From Choristocarpus tenellus KU-1152 (taxonomy: Eukaryota; Protista; Phaeophyceae), in NCBI GenBank assembly GCA_964200185.2, contig CAXNAD020000022.1, positions 1 to 45,669 of the forward strand: a stretch of 45,669 nucleotides of DNA. The letters run 5' to 3'. Made by a program: the position numbers and the translations under genes. Position 1 is the first letter of the stretch; each line of letters opens with the position of its first letter. Of the stretch, positions 13,501 to 26,300 are shown piece by piece. The notes below the pieces were generated by a model. The model saw nothing but the letters and a program-made list of their open reading frames with translations. It was not told where the DNA came from and did no database searches.

Positions 13501-16500
13501 AACGTTCCTGGGCCAGGCATTAGAGGCAACTTTCCCTGTATTGGATAGAATTAGGGTAAGATTCAGGGATTTTGATCAGGGACTAGGATCATGAATTGGG
13601 GTTAGGAATTAGAGATTTGGTTAGGGTTAGGGTTAGGGATATATCCATTCCTATAGTAAAATTTTGTCATCTTTCAGACCATGAAGGACCAAAATGGGCT
13701 TGACGGACACCAACTGGAAAGATATAAACGCTTATTCCAATGTAAGGAATACTAAATAAAAATAAATCCATTACTTGGTGTTCATGGTTTGACATTCTCA
13801 TTATGCTAATTTGATTTCTTGCATTGACAACTTGATATTGCTGTGATAACGATTCAATATTATAGTGACAAGGATTTCATTTTTCATGGTTAAAACAGTT
13901 TCGTAAGGATCGCAGTAGGATAGAGTACCACCCCAACTCCAACTCAGACATGAGTACAAATACTCCATCTCATTATCTTGATCATTAACTTGTGCCAGTT
14001 GTTCTTCCTAACATAACCCCTACCCATACCTAACATAATCAATATCACAGTAGTGTTGGGCTTAGAATTAGTCCCAGATTTGTTTAGGTGTAAGTTCTTC
14101 ACAATCTGAGCCCAAACACAATTTTACAGCACTGGACAGCTCACGATTAGGTTTGCCCCATTTTATTGGCAATACGTTCTGTGCAATTGAACCCTAACTC
14201 TCATTTTTAGCACAACTGTAAAGTAGTAGACAGGATAGGGATAGTCCTAGCTCTAAGTTCTGAATCATTCAGTTGACTTGATATTAACCCAGGTTCTAAC
14301 ACATATTTTTACAGCAGTGGACAGGGACACATATTGTGAGAAACTCTGTGTTTTTCTAGAGGTGGTAATCATTCTTTATTCTTAATCAAATGTTGTACCT
14401 CAACTACATTCTGACAACAATCAGCAAGAGCAACTGATGAATCTCTTCCGCCTTCTCTCTCTAACAAGCCCTAACCCTTCCCCCTCCCCCTAACTCTAAT
14501 AGAATAATCCTGAGGTGTAGTACTTGCCTGGAGAAAGAGTGCTTCAAACAGACCGTCAGCGCAGATTCTGGCAGAGGGAAGTTCAAACGCCTTGCCCACC
14601 AACTGACTCACCGTAGAAGGAGAAAGTCTGTCACGTGGGAAACCCACTCCAACCTGGAAATTCATTTTATTGAATGATTAGGAGAACATATATGGATGAC
14701 TTGGAGAACACAAGTGTGTAGTATCAAGTAATTACAGGGGGGAAAATGTCAAATGAAAAATAGTCATTTGTTCGATCTTTTTGATTCTTTGACCATATAA
14801 CAACAAAAGCAAAGTAAAGACAGTTGGCCCACATCCAACACAAAAATGGTACATCATATCCAAAGGGGTTGGTACAGATTGGCAACCCACAGAGGTCGTA
14901 CCATACCAGTGCTGATAATGTTACAGGGATACAGTATGCAGTGCCATAATATCACCCACATGTGACCATGGTTCAGGCATGGTATATCACTCAGTAGTGT
15001 ACCATTACAAACTTCAACCTACAGCTTGGGGATGGTACAAGGTTTAGGGTTAGATATTACTAGTAGTACCGTACCAATCAAACTCAGGGTTAGGATTAGG
15101 GTTACCCTAACCCTAAGTAATACCTGCCCTAAGTAATACCTGTAAGTTTGGTATGGGGGAGATACCTTGAGGTAAATCACAACAGTACACTATTCCAGAT
15201 CTATACTTGTTGTTCTAGAATATTGCTGGGAGGAATGCCACAAAAGTACGGCATTAACATTATTAGCCTTCATTAACATCTGCCAACGGTATGGACAATT
15301 CATCGATGAGGAGTATCATGGCATTCGTGTACAATTTGTCAACATCTGCCTACAGTTTGCTGGTGTTACTGAGATGAATACCATAGCCATTAGATAGGGT
15401 TAGGGTTAGGATTTAGGGTTAGGGTTAGGAACATCACAGTAGTACAATTGTTTAGAAACACAATTCAGGGATGGCACCTGGACAAAGACCACACCGGTGC
15501 CATACCAGCACTAACCTTGAAACCTACCTATGTATCATATGGGCAAGGTACTTGGATGATATCACAGACTGAGTGTGATACAATTTATAACCTCCACCTA
15601 CAGAACAGGGATGGTACCAGCAACCTGACCAGAGCATTACAACATAATCAATGCGTTACCTTTGTACTCAAAAGCGATGATATATTATACACTTGATCCA
15701 ATTATTTTCATTGTTTAATTGCTGCAAAAACATCTACATGGTAGCAGACTGTAAGATTCAGTACACTAGTTTTGTAGGCTAAAAGTTAGGGTTAGGGTCA
15801 TGGATAGTAAGCCATAGCAGAATAGCATCATCCACAGGATGCTACAATGTTTGGAAACCCTAACCCAAAATTGAGGCCTTTTCTGCACTGGAGGAACTCT
15901 CACTAGAAAAGTCCTTGATAAAATGAAGATAGGGAAAAATAAAAACATGTTGCTACCTACACAACACAAGTCTGCAAAGTACCTCAAAAATGAGTTAGAA
16001 AAACTGAAGAAGTTCAAATCTTTTGTCTTCTATGGCTACTTCAACGTATCCATCAATCACAAACCCTATCCCTAACCCTAACCCCAACCCTACTATTGAA
16101 AAAAGAACATGACTTACTGAAACCAATGCCACCAAGGCAAGTGGAAACCCCTGTTCGCATTTTGGAGAAGTCGTGATGGTGCCATGGGCATATGGAGGCT
16201 GCACTAAGATGGATAAGACCCTTGTTAGGACCTGGACCAAGAAGAGGGGTAGGGTTAGGAGTAATGCCAAGGATTTACACAGTGCAACAGAGTGCTACAT
16301 GTAGCTACAGAGCACCATGTCTCTCATGTTCATACTTCTACAGATCTTCACAACATCTAATGTTAATAATAAAACAGCTGGATACAGAGCAATAGAGTGA
16401 ATGTTTACTACTTTTGATACCCTTAATAAATTGTATCTTTTGTTCTATTTTTTTTTACTTAATCAGTAAAAAAATATCACAAGCTTAATAACGTCCTCGA

Positions 16501-17326
16501 AGTGGCCTTGTGCAATCTTCCACCTCCTACTTTTCTAATTTAACTTGGCAGCAAACATCACCTGGTGGAAAAATAGCACCTTCACTGCAAAATCACAACC
16601 AATAATCTCTCCAATGTTCTGATATTTGAATTTTCTCTACATAATGCAATAGAGCACTACAGGTACCTACATAGTTTGAACCAAAGATCCCCTCGCCTGC
16701 CCCCTTCCATTCCTTCCATATTTCCTGGAAGATGTCACAGAGCACTGCAGGTGACCACAGAGCACTAGAGGTCCCCTCACCTGCTTAGGCACGCCTTCCA
16801 CATTCTCTATGAGCACCACCACCGGAGGGCGGACAACACCTCCTTCTCCCCCCTTGCCCCCTTCTGTGAGAGGATAGAGGGAGTTATACCACTCTCGTAT
16901 GGCGTGCATGACCAGAGGATGGCGAGGGCGTACACCTCCAAAATCTAGGCACTGCGTCCAAAGAAAACAGAAACCAAAACAAGTACCTTTAATAAGCTTT
17001 TTAAACCCCTCTTAATACCCTATTAATAGAAGGGATGAAGAAATACAATACAAATGTGGGAAAAAAATGAAAAAATAAATAAGCATAATTAGACCGGTGA
17101 AGGGGGCGGAGTCCAAGCAATTTTTAGGTTCTCTCTATGGATCTGTGGAGGAAAAATAAGAGAGAAACGGGAGGGGGAGGGGGGGAATGGAGACTTCTCA
17201 CTAGTCCAATTTCTATTATTTTGAATCGTGAGGAATACTACAAAGCAAAAATAATAGCAAAGATAATAGAAGAAAAATAGTAATAGCAGTAGTAATAGTA
17301 GTAGTAGTAGTAGTAGTAATAGTAGC

Positions 17327-17361
<35 letters not shown>

Positions 17362-20300
17362 CAGTAGTAATAGTAGCAGTAGTAGTAGTAGTAGTAGTAA
17401 TAGTAGTAGTGGTAGTAGTAATAGTAGTAGTAGTAGTAGTAGTAGTAGTAACAGCTATAATAAAAAAAAAATTACTGCAATTAATCTAAATCAACAGATA
17501 ATCATATTGAAAATCAAGAGGTCAGTACATATAGAGATCGGTATGTGTTTTTCGTACATGTGCCAACTGCTCACACACACCTTAAAAGTTGTTCATGTGG
17601 GTATTTATCTAGCTAGAGTTGTAGTCATCAGTAGGCCTGTTCCTCGTTACACCAACACCTTGGGTTAGGGTTAGGAATAGGGTCTCAAGTGCAAAACTGC
17701 GTAAGCATAGAGTGATAATTGAAACATTGAAATGCAATAGCTTCTTTTCCTTCAGGGAGGCATGGGAGGGGGCAAGAGAATACACACCTGAGATAACAGG
17801 CTGGATAACGCCATTTCCAGAGTGGAACATGCCTCAGGGCGCAATACAAGAACAACCTTATCATCAGCGCTGGGGCATGGAATGGGGTGAGGGAGAAGGG
17901 AAGGCAACAGGTTAAGCATGTCATGTGCAATCCTCAAAATGCTTGTGTGATGCATAGCAGTGCTATGTGCAATGGAATTGTACCAATGTCTTGAGGTAAA
18001 AGAAAAAGATCATACCGTTCACACCAGTGCTAGATGTACTAACCTTAACCTTAACCCTAGCACTTGTACTGAGATCCAGGATGACTGAAATTGGCACAAC
18101 ATAGTTAATCTTTGTAGTCAAGAGAATTAAGGAAATGAATTTTATCTATACCAAGATCTAGGACAAATGGAGCATAAGGAACAGGATGAAGTAATGTGTA
18201 ATGATAATATTGTTGTGATTATTGTTATCATCACCATTATTAATATTACTATTTTCATCATTAATAATGTTCAAGAGCATGTAAAGATGGGGCACTACAA
18301 AGATTACTAATAATAGTCCTAACCCTAACCCTTCATGAACGAAGGAGTTTTTTGCTCATGTCACAGTTATTCAAAGTAATGTCTTGTCTATGGATAACAA
18401 AAAAATGCTATAAATTGTACTTGGAGCCTCAGAGATAGAGCTAGGTTTAGGTTTGGGATTGGGATTAAGGATTAGGGTTAGAGACCTCTATGAAATAGAA
18501 CTAGATGTCACAGGGGGGGGACTAGTTTGAAAAGGGGTTGCTTCATCCAATAATAAATCGAACTGGACGTAGGATATTTTCAAAACTACTTCATGATCAT
18601 GATGTCATATTCATCACTGCTTCTCTTTTGGGGGGAAGAATAGAGTTAATATTAGGGTTAGGATACTCATCAATATCATTAACAGGTTCTTTTTTCTTGG
18701 AAACTTTCAATCAATCCAAGTTGTTTTGTCTTTTTGGAAACTTTCAATCAATTCAGTTGTCGTTCTGTCTTTTTGGAAACTTTCAATCAATTCAAGTTGT
18801 TTTATCATTTTGGAAAGTTTCAATCAAAATTCAGTTATCTTTCTGTCTTTTTGGAAACTTTCAATCAATTCAAGTTGTCGTTTTGTTGCAAATCTACACA
18901 GTTCTCCGCAGCAACATGTAAGGTGTGCTGACGAAACAGACCATACAAACTGAAACTGTCTTCTGATCACTTCTCCAGCCAAATCGTTCCAAGATCCTCA
19001 CAGAAGACATCACCTACAAGATGCGTACTTGATTTGATAAATGGAAGGAAATATCTTGTGAATTGTTTTCTTGAAATTTTCACTGGTAAAATGGTCGTAG
19101 GATCTACACACAAGATGTCACCAGGAATGTATGGAGCACGTTTATGAAGTGGTTGATGGCATCCGAAACCGTTTTTTAAGTGTTTGAACAGTGCCATCAA
19201 AGATGGGGGCGTCACTGAGTTTTAAGGGCCCCTTTGGCTGCCTTGGGAGTGTGTGTCTTGAGCACTGTGGTAGAGGGCTCTTATGGCCAACAAAGTATTC
19301 AATACTAATCTTTTTCTACATTTTCACTCTCCCTCAGAGGGGTGAACTGCATTACAGGCATAGGGATGGTGTATATTGTACCTCAAAGTACAAGGTTTCC
19401 AAGCACCTTTAAACTCAAAAGGGTCAACAAGTTTTAACCCTTCTCAGGTGGTTTCGCTCTTTCAATTTAAAAAAAATGCAGTATTATAGAGGTGATATAT
19501 TCAAAGGTTGGCAGGAATTGAACATATTTTGACAGTTACTACCATTTCTACGAGACACACATGCTGAGAGTTCACAAAAGAGCTTGTAGGGTCTGAAACC
19601 GTTTTCTGAAACTTTCACCAGTTCAACACATAGTCGTAGGACAAATACGACTGGCGTCAGCAGCAGCATATGCAGTGCGTCGCACAAAACGGCTGATAGA
19701 ATCTGAAAACACTTTGCTACCATTGTGTCACAATTTTTTTAAGATCATACAACACACAAAGAAAAGGGTTTCACCAATGGATGAGTCATCGGCTGGCTGG
19801 ACTGAAACTGTTTTCTGGCAGTTGATTACATCAGCCTCATAGTTGTACATGGGATATGCACAGAAGGTGTGGGGCACATAAATTATGTGGTGTCTAGACA
19901 AAACAGGTAGTAAAAACAGAGCAGGGTCTGGTCTCTATCTGCTTCCTGTATTGTTCAGTTGTGATTGGTTAAAAATTGATAAATACTTGAGATTTTAAAC
20001 TTAGAAGCAGTTGAAAAGGTTCAACATGTTAGCTAAGGAAAATATTCAGGTGTTTTAAGTTTGAACCACACGCACAAGGCCATGCTCATCACAAACACTA
20101 ACCCTAAGCCCCACTACATGTTTCCATGACTATGGATCTGCCTGAAGCCTCTGGAGACTTTGAGAATCCATCTGACCAATATGCTCTACCACATGCAGGG
20201 TATGGCAATGAGAAAGACCAACCGGAAGATGTCTGGACTATGATCAAACTGTTTCAAGGCATTCCAGAAGGAGGGCATAACACAAGCTGGCAAGTGCGGA

Positions 20301-23300
20301 GTGGGAAGTGAGTGGCACCTTGGAGGTAGAGCAATCAAGATAGGACATGCTAGACACAGTTGGCATGTTACAGCACAGAGCGCACACTGCTTGTGCCACC
20401 CTGTGTTGAGCAATCACAACCCTGAGCAAAAGTATCTTAGAGGGTAGAGTTGCGTCCATTTGGGGGTCAAAATTCAATGTTGCGATGTTGACGTAATTTT
20501 GGCTATCGTGTTTGTTAGGAAGTGTCAATATATACGTTTCGGAAACACCTTCTCATAACATACACATTTTACCTACTCCGAAACATTTTGGAGTAGGAAA
20601 ATGCCAAAAAAAACGCCATGGGAAGCCAAGCCCTATATGGACAAACAGGGCAAAACTCGTAACCTCTAAAAAACCTCTAAGATACTTTAACTCTCAACTC
20701 ACCCTTGAATCGCACACAAAGCGCAAAGCAATAAAGGGCCTTGAGGGCAAAGCAAGCATACACACCAGAAAATGACATAACCAAATTGAAGTATTCAATC
20801 ATCACTTTGGATCAACGTTGAAATACGGCTCAGGGTTTGTCAGAAGTCGGTATGACTAACAGAAAGCTGTCTGTGGACGGTATATGTGGAACCACTTATA
20901 CCATTCAGGATAAACCCTAGAGCATTATGCCGCTTCAACGACTGTCGATTTCCAAGTTGGTGGTAAACAGGAATTTTCTAAATTAGTTAGGAGATAAACA
21001 GGAATTTTCTAGATTCTTGTTGACAGTACACAGAAAATTTCCTGTGTAGTTGGAGGTAAACAGAATGTACCAAATTAGTTGGTGGTAAACAGGAAGTTAT
21101 CGGATTAGTCTGCTGCCCACTGGGCCATATATACTTGTATTTGAAAACATCGATTTGGATCAATTGCCAATAGGTACAAATCACAACACTTGGTAATAGC
21201 CGGAATCCACCTCAAATTTGACAGGAGATGAGAGCTTCTGACAGCAGTAGAAAAGTACACACAAAAGAGTTCGAGTTGAATTGCTCACACCTTCAGTGAG
21301 GCCCCTCACTATTTGGGGGACCATGACCTCACAAAAGGGATCACTACACACTCTAATTGGATCAGGCAAAGCAAATTGTTTCAAGCCGATCAATTAAAGA
21401 TTCATAAAATCGTTCTATTCAAAAATAGTATGTGTTCGGAATACGTTTCCAACTTGAGGGGTTGTCGAAAATTGTATCTGCACGCAAGGTTTCAGCAGCA
21501 GCATGTTTTCTGACCATTTCACGAGCCAAAGGGTCATAAGAGTCCATACAAAGCATCGTAAATTCTGTAGGGTTAGGGTTAGTAGGGTGTTCATGAAATG
21601 GCTTTGAGGATGTATGCGGGAAAAACCAAATCTGACCATTTCTCCAGAAAATACAGTTTTGTTGAAAGTTGGAAGCGCTTACCATCCATGAGCATAGGTT
21701 ATTAAATCAGCTAGGAAACTTATGAAGTACTTGAAATAATCAAAATGTGAAAACAGCACACCAATGGAAGCACACAAATTGCCAAGCTCCACGGGTAATA
21801 AGTGCAGCACACATTCACACCAAAAATCGCCAAACAAAACCACCTTCTCATTTCTCAGTTTCAATTTGAATCACAATTTTAGTCACATTATAACAATTAT
21901 AACTATTCAATTAAATAAAATATTTACAAAACTAAGAAAAGTGCTCATCTTCTCTTCGTCTGCTGTTCATGTTCTGGGGTGGTCCAGAATGGCATCTACC
22001 TTGTGGTTGACCTCATTTCTGGGTGATTGAACACATCACACTTATTAGTTTACTCGAAATCACAGGCGTTTCCATTTGCCTGCAAGATAAATTGTTCCTT
22101 TTCATGCTATGTCCCCTGTCGCTCAATCTTGGATCAGGTCTAGGGTTAGGGTTGAAAAAAATATGGCCACATTATGGTGTCTAATTTTTTATTTCCTAAT
22201 ATCAAAGTATATAGTGTATATAGATTCAAAGCATATGTACATATTAATATAACATGTACAAACTCATTGTAGTATAAGCATGTTGAATCAAAGCATTGAA
22301 TCAAAACAGGTTCATATAATCAAGGCATGCATGTGAAATCAAAGAGTGTGTACTACTATTAAAGCATCAAAGCACACATATACGTGTGTATGTACTTCAA
22401 GGTACACGTATGCACAATCAAAGCATACGTATAAATTATCAATGTTGAAAGTATTTCATGGTCATGTAGACTTTGAGCTGTATCAATCTATGCAATCAAA
22501 TCACACAAATAATCGATTCATCTAGAGAACAAAAAGTCAGGGTGTTCCATACATATACTTCAACGTACCTGCTTATATAATAAAAAAAGTCAATAAATCA
22601 AAGTGGGGTCAGAGATAGTGTTGGGGTCATGGCATGCAAACAAAAATGTGGTTACAAAATTGTGTACTCAATCTATTTTTCTTATGCACACCAACATAGC
22701 CCTAACCCTTTCCAAAAATAAAAATAGTTTATAAAAAAAATGCTTCTCACCGGGCACAGTGAGTCCCAAACCTAGCAGGTCTGCCCAAATTGGTCAACCC
22801 TTTCCTCACTAGCCTGGCAGCCTTGCGGCGATCATCCAAGTGGAGTCCTGTTGTGTTGTGTTGTGTTATATTGTGTTTTATGTGTCTTCAGCTACATTAC
22901 ATTATGTTATGTTGTGTTGTATTGTGTCTGTGTGTCTTCAGCTACATTTTGATATGTTCCACTATGTTGTGTTGTGTTGTGCCAACATCTTTGTTGGATC
23001 TCTTGCAAAGGTCCCTTTTCTTCTCATGGTATATATATACGAAAGTGTTACAGTCAACCCTTTCCTCACTAGCCTGGCAGCCTAGCGGCAATCATCGAAG
23101 TGGAGTCCAGTTGTGTAGTGTAGTGTTGTGTTGTGTTGTGTGTCTTCAGCTACATTTTGTTATGTCACGTGATGTTGTGTTGCGTTGTGTGTCTTCAGCT
23201 ACATTTTGTTATGTTACGTGATGTTGTGTTGCGTTGTGTGTCTTCAGCTACATTTTGTTATGTTACGTGATGTTGTGTTGTGTTGTGTGTCTTCAGCTAC

Positions 23301-26300
23301 ATTTTGTTATGTTACGTTACGTTACGTTGTGTTATGTGTCTTCAGCTACATTTTGTTGTGTTACGTTATGTTGTATTGTGTTGTGTGTCTTCAGCTACAT
23401 TTTGTTATGTTACATTATGTTGTGTTGTGTTGTGTTGTGCCAACGTCTTTGTTGGAACTGTTGCAAAGATCCCTTGTCTTCTCATGGTTTATACAAAGGC
23501 ATTACATCTTTCTTGTCTGCTGTGTTCAAGTTGTGTTACGTGAATGTATTTACACTTTGGAAAACATACTGCTCGCGTAACACAAAGATGTGTCTTAGTG
23601 TGCAATAAAAGTCATTGTCCAAACAACAGGCTTGATATAGACATTAAAATTCAAAATGGTCACAGGCAATGTCCCGGACAACAAAATTTTACAGACCAAA
23701 TGGACCAGAGTACTCGCAGAGTCAAAAACCAAAACGCACTTGATCATTTGCTAGGCAAGAGTGGACGTTGCAAGCAGGCACAACAGATAAATATTATTCT
23801 CATTGGCTAAAATCTTTATTTTTCGCATCAAATTTCTTCCATTTATCACTTTTTCTGATCTTTAATAGGTCATCAGACTAGACTGTTGTGTGAAAGAGAA
23901 GAAATACACATGGACCAATGCGCATGCTGCTTCCTGGAACAATAACCGAGCTAGCGGAACCAATACCTTGTCGTGGACAACGGATACCATAGAGCAAATG
24001 ATCTCAAGCAATTGCTCAACGATACAACATTTTGGAGGAGAGGATACCAAACAATTGCCCTCACACTAGTCTTAATGTGCAAACTTTGAACTTTGAACTA
24101 GACAACAGACAATATAGAGCAAATGGCCTGCAAAAAATTATCCTGGTAGCAGGCATTTTGGGAACAAACGAGTCCAAAGGTTATCTTGGATAACAGACAG
24201 ACGTTATATGCCGAATATGGCCAAGTGTTTAAGGGCAACAGCAGGGTTGAGAGTTATTGCGCAAATGCGCTGTATTGTGTTATGTTGTGTCATACAAATG
24301 AGGTACACCTTTGTTGTGTTGCATTGTGTTGCATTGTGTTGCATTGTTTACACCATACAAACGTATTCCACCTTTGATGTACAATGTTATTTATGCCAAC
24401 ATTTCTCCTATCTTCAAGTGTCTTACACCGTATCATGTAAGACATATATTATCTGCAGTTGATTCATTCAATTCAATCCAAGAAGAATCGAGAGATCATA
24501 GTCCAAACCCTTTAACTACTATCTACAGTATTAGTCGATCAATCGCTCTGAAATATTGGAAAATGTGGCATGCATCAGATGAGGACTGCGTGACTTGCAC
24601 TGAACTTCTTTGCTTCCCTTCCTCGATGTTTTCCTCTTGGCACCTTGCACCCCTCACCCCGCACACTCAAACGCCATTTGAATTTTATCGAGAACATATT
24701 TTTATCAAGAACATCAAGCTTTTTTTCAGTCAATCCATGAGATAACAATGAAATGCTTTTGATCCACAACAATTGTACGTATTAGTAGGGTTAGGGTTAG
24801 GGTTAGGGTTAGAAATAGTACGTATATACTCTCGTGAACAGTTCTGTCCATCATTTCCCAACAGTAACAATAAAAATCGCAAACCCTGTCCCTAACCCTA
24901 ACCCTTTTTAATGAACCTCGACTACCGATAACGCTGTCACTTTCAACACTCACCAGTATCAACCAGCGCAATGGGGACCAGTTCTGTCATGCCCATTGTG
25001 CCCCCCCTGCCACCTCTGCTGTAGGGCCACCCTGGGTGAACAAAAGAGAACCACTTAGTCTTGAAAACATCAAAACATGCACTGGAACAACACCAACCGA
25101 TTTTTGGCTGTCTTCTAATACATACCTGTGGATAATTTGTTGTAGCTGTTGTAACTGACATACAATAATTCTAAAATACTCCTAACACTAACACTAACGC
25201 TATTACTATCACCATCACTATACCTAGACACAAAGCTGTAACTCTCCTCAGATGTAGACCTTACCTCCTCTGAGCAACGGTTTGAGAAGACCATGCAAAT
25301 GTGTGAAAAAAAAGTAACTAATGGCAATAAAGTAATCTTAACCCTACCCCTTTTGCTAACCATAGGTATGTAGGTGTGAGATTCGTTCTAACTGTTGTAA
25401 CAGTGATCAGACTCTAGCTTCAAATCCTCACGCAAGGGCTTGAGGAGACCAAATAAACATGCAAAAAAATAGTGAATATTCAGAATGAACTATCCCTACC
25501 CCTGCCCTATTGCTACTTCTAGGCACATAGGTATAGATAGTTGTTGTAACTGTCATCAGACACTAACCCAAACCCTTATCCTATCCCAGTCCTTATCCCT
25601 AACCCTATCCCTATCTGCATTACTAGATGTTTCTCTCCTCTTGTAGTTGTTCACTATAGTGTGGACATTTCAATGGAATGAACATACATATGGTACATGA
25701 CTGCTTAAAATATAATAGCGACTCCTGTACTTGACCAAGCAAATTTCAACCAAAATGCATGAAACAGACATACCCTCAATGAAGCCCTTGACCTTCTCAA
25801 GACAGTCCCGGCTGCATTCCCAGACAACCTCCTCTTCACATGCCTCTCGAATACACAGGCATTCCCACAGACCCTGCGTACGCGCCAACCGCTCCTTCTT
25901 GGCCTTCAGGATCAAGGTTATGTTTAAGGGTAAGGTTGAACTCAAGGTTAGGGGTACACTGAGGTTGGGTTAGGATTAGGGTTAAAGATAGGGCTGGGGT
26001 TAAGATTGATGTTGAGGTTAGGCTTAGGGGTAGACCTCGGGTTGGTGCAGAGGGTGGAGGTTAGGGTTAGGATTGGGGTGAGGTTAGCAAGAGGGCTAGG
26101 GGTAAGGTTACAGTAAGAGTAGGGGTTGGGGCTTGTGCTTGTACTGGACTTAGAATCAGGGTTGGGGTGAAGGTTAAGGCTAATAATGTCATTGGCGTTT
26201 GAATTTGCATTAGGGGTAAGATAGAGAGGTAAGACTTGGGCTAAGGGTCAGGTGTACTTACTATGGAAGCTATCTTGAAGTAGAAAATATTGCACTGCTT

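Noticed and set aside
23140-23440. Regularly spaced 49-bp repeats resembling a CRISPR array
   Set aside because: The intervening sequence is near-identical TGTTG/TGTTA simple repeat rather than unique spacers; eukaryotic intron; no cas genes.
22790-23608. Cys/Val/Leu-rich ORFs in several frames
   Set aside because: Translation artefacts of the minisatellite.
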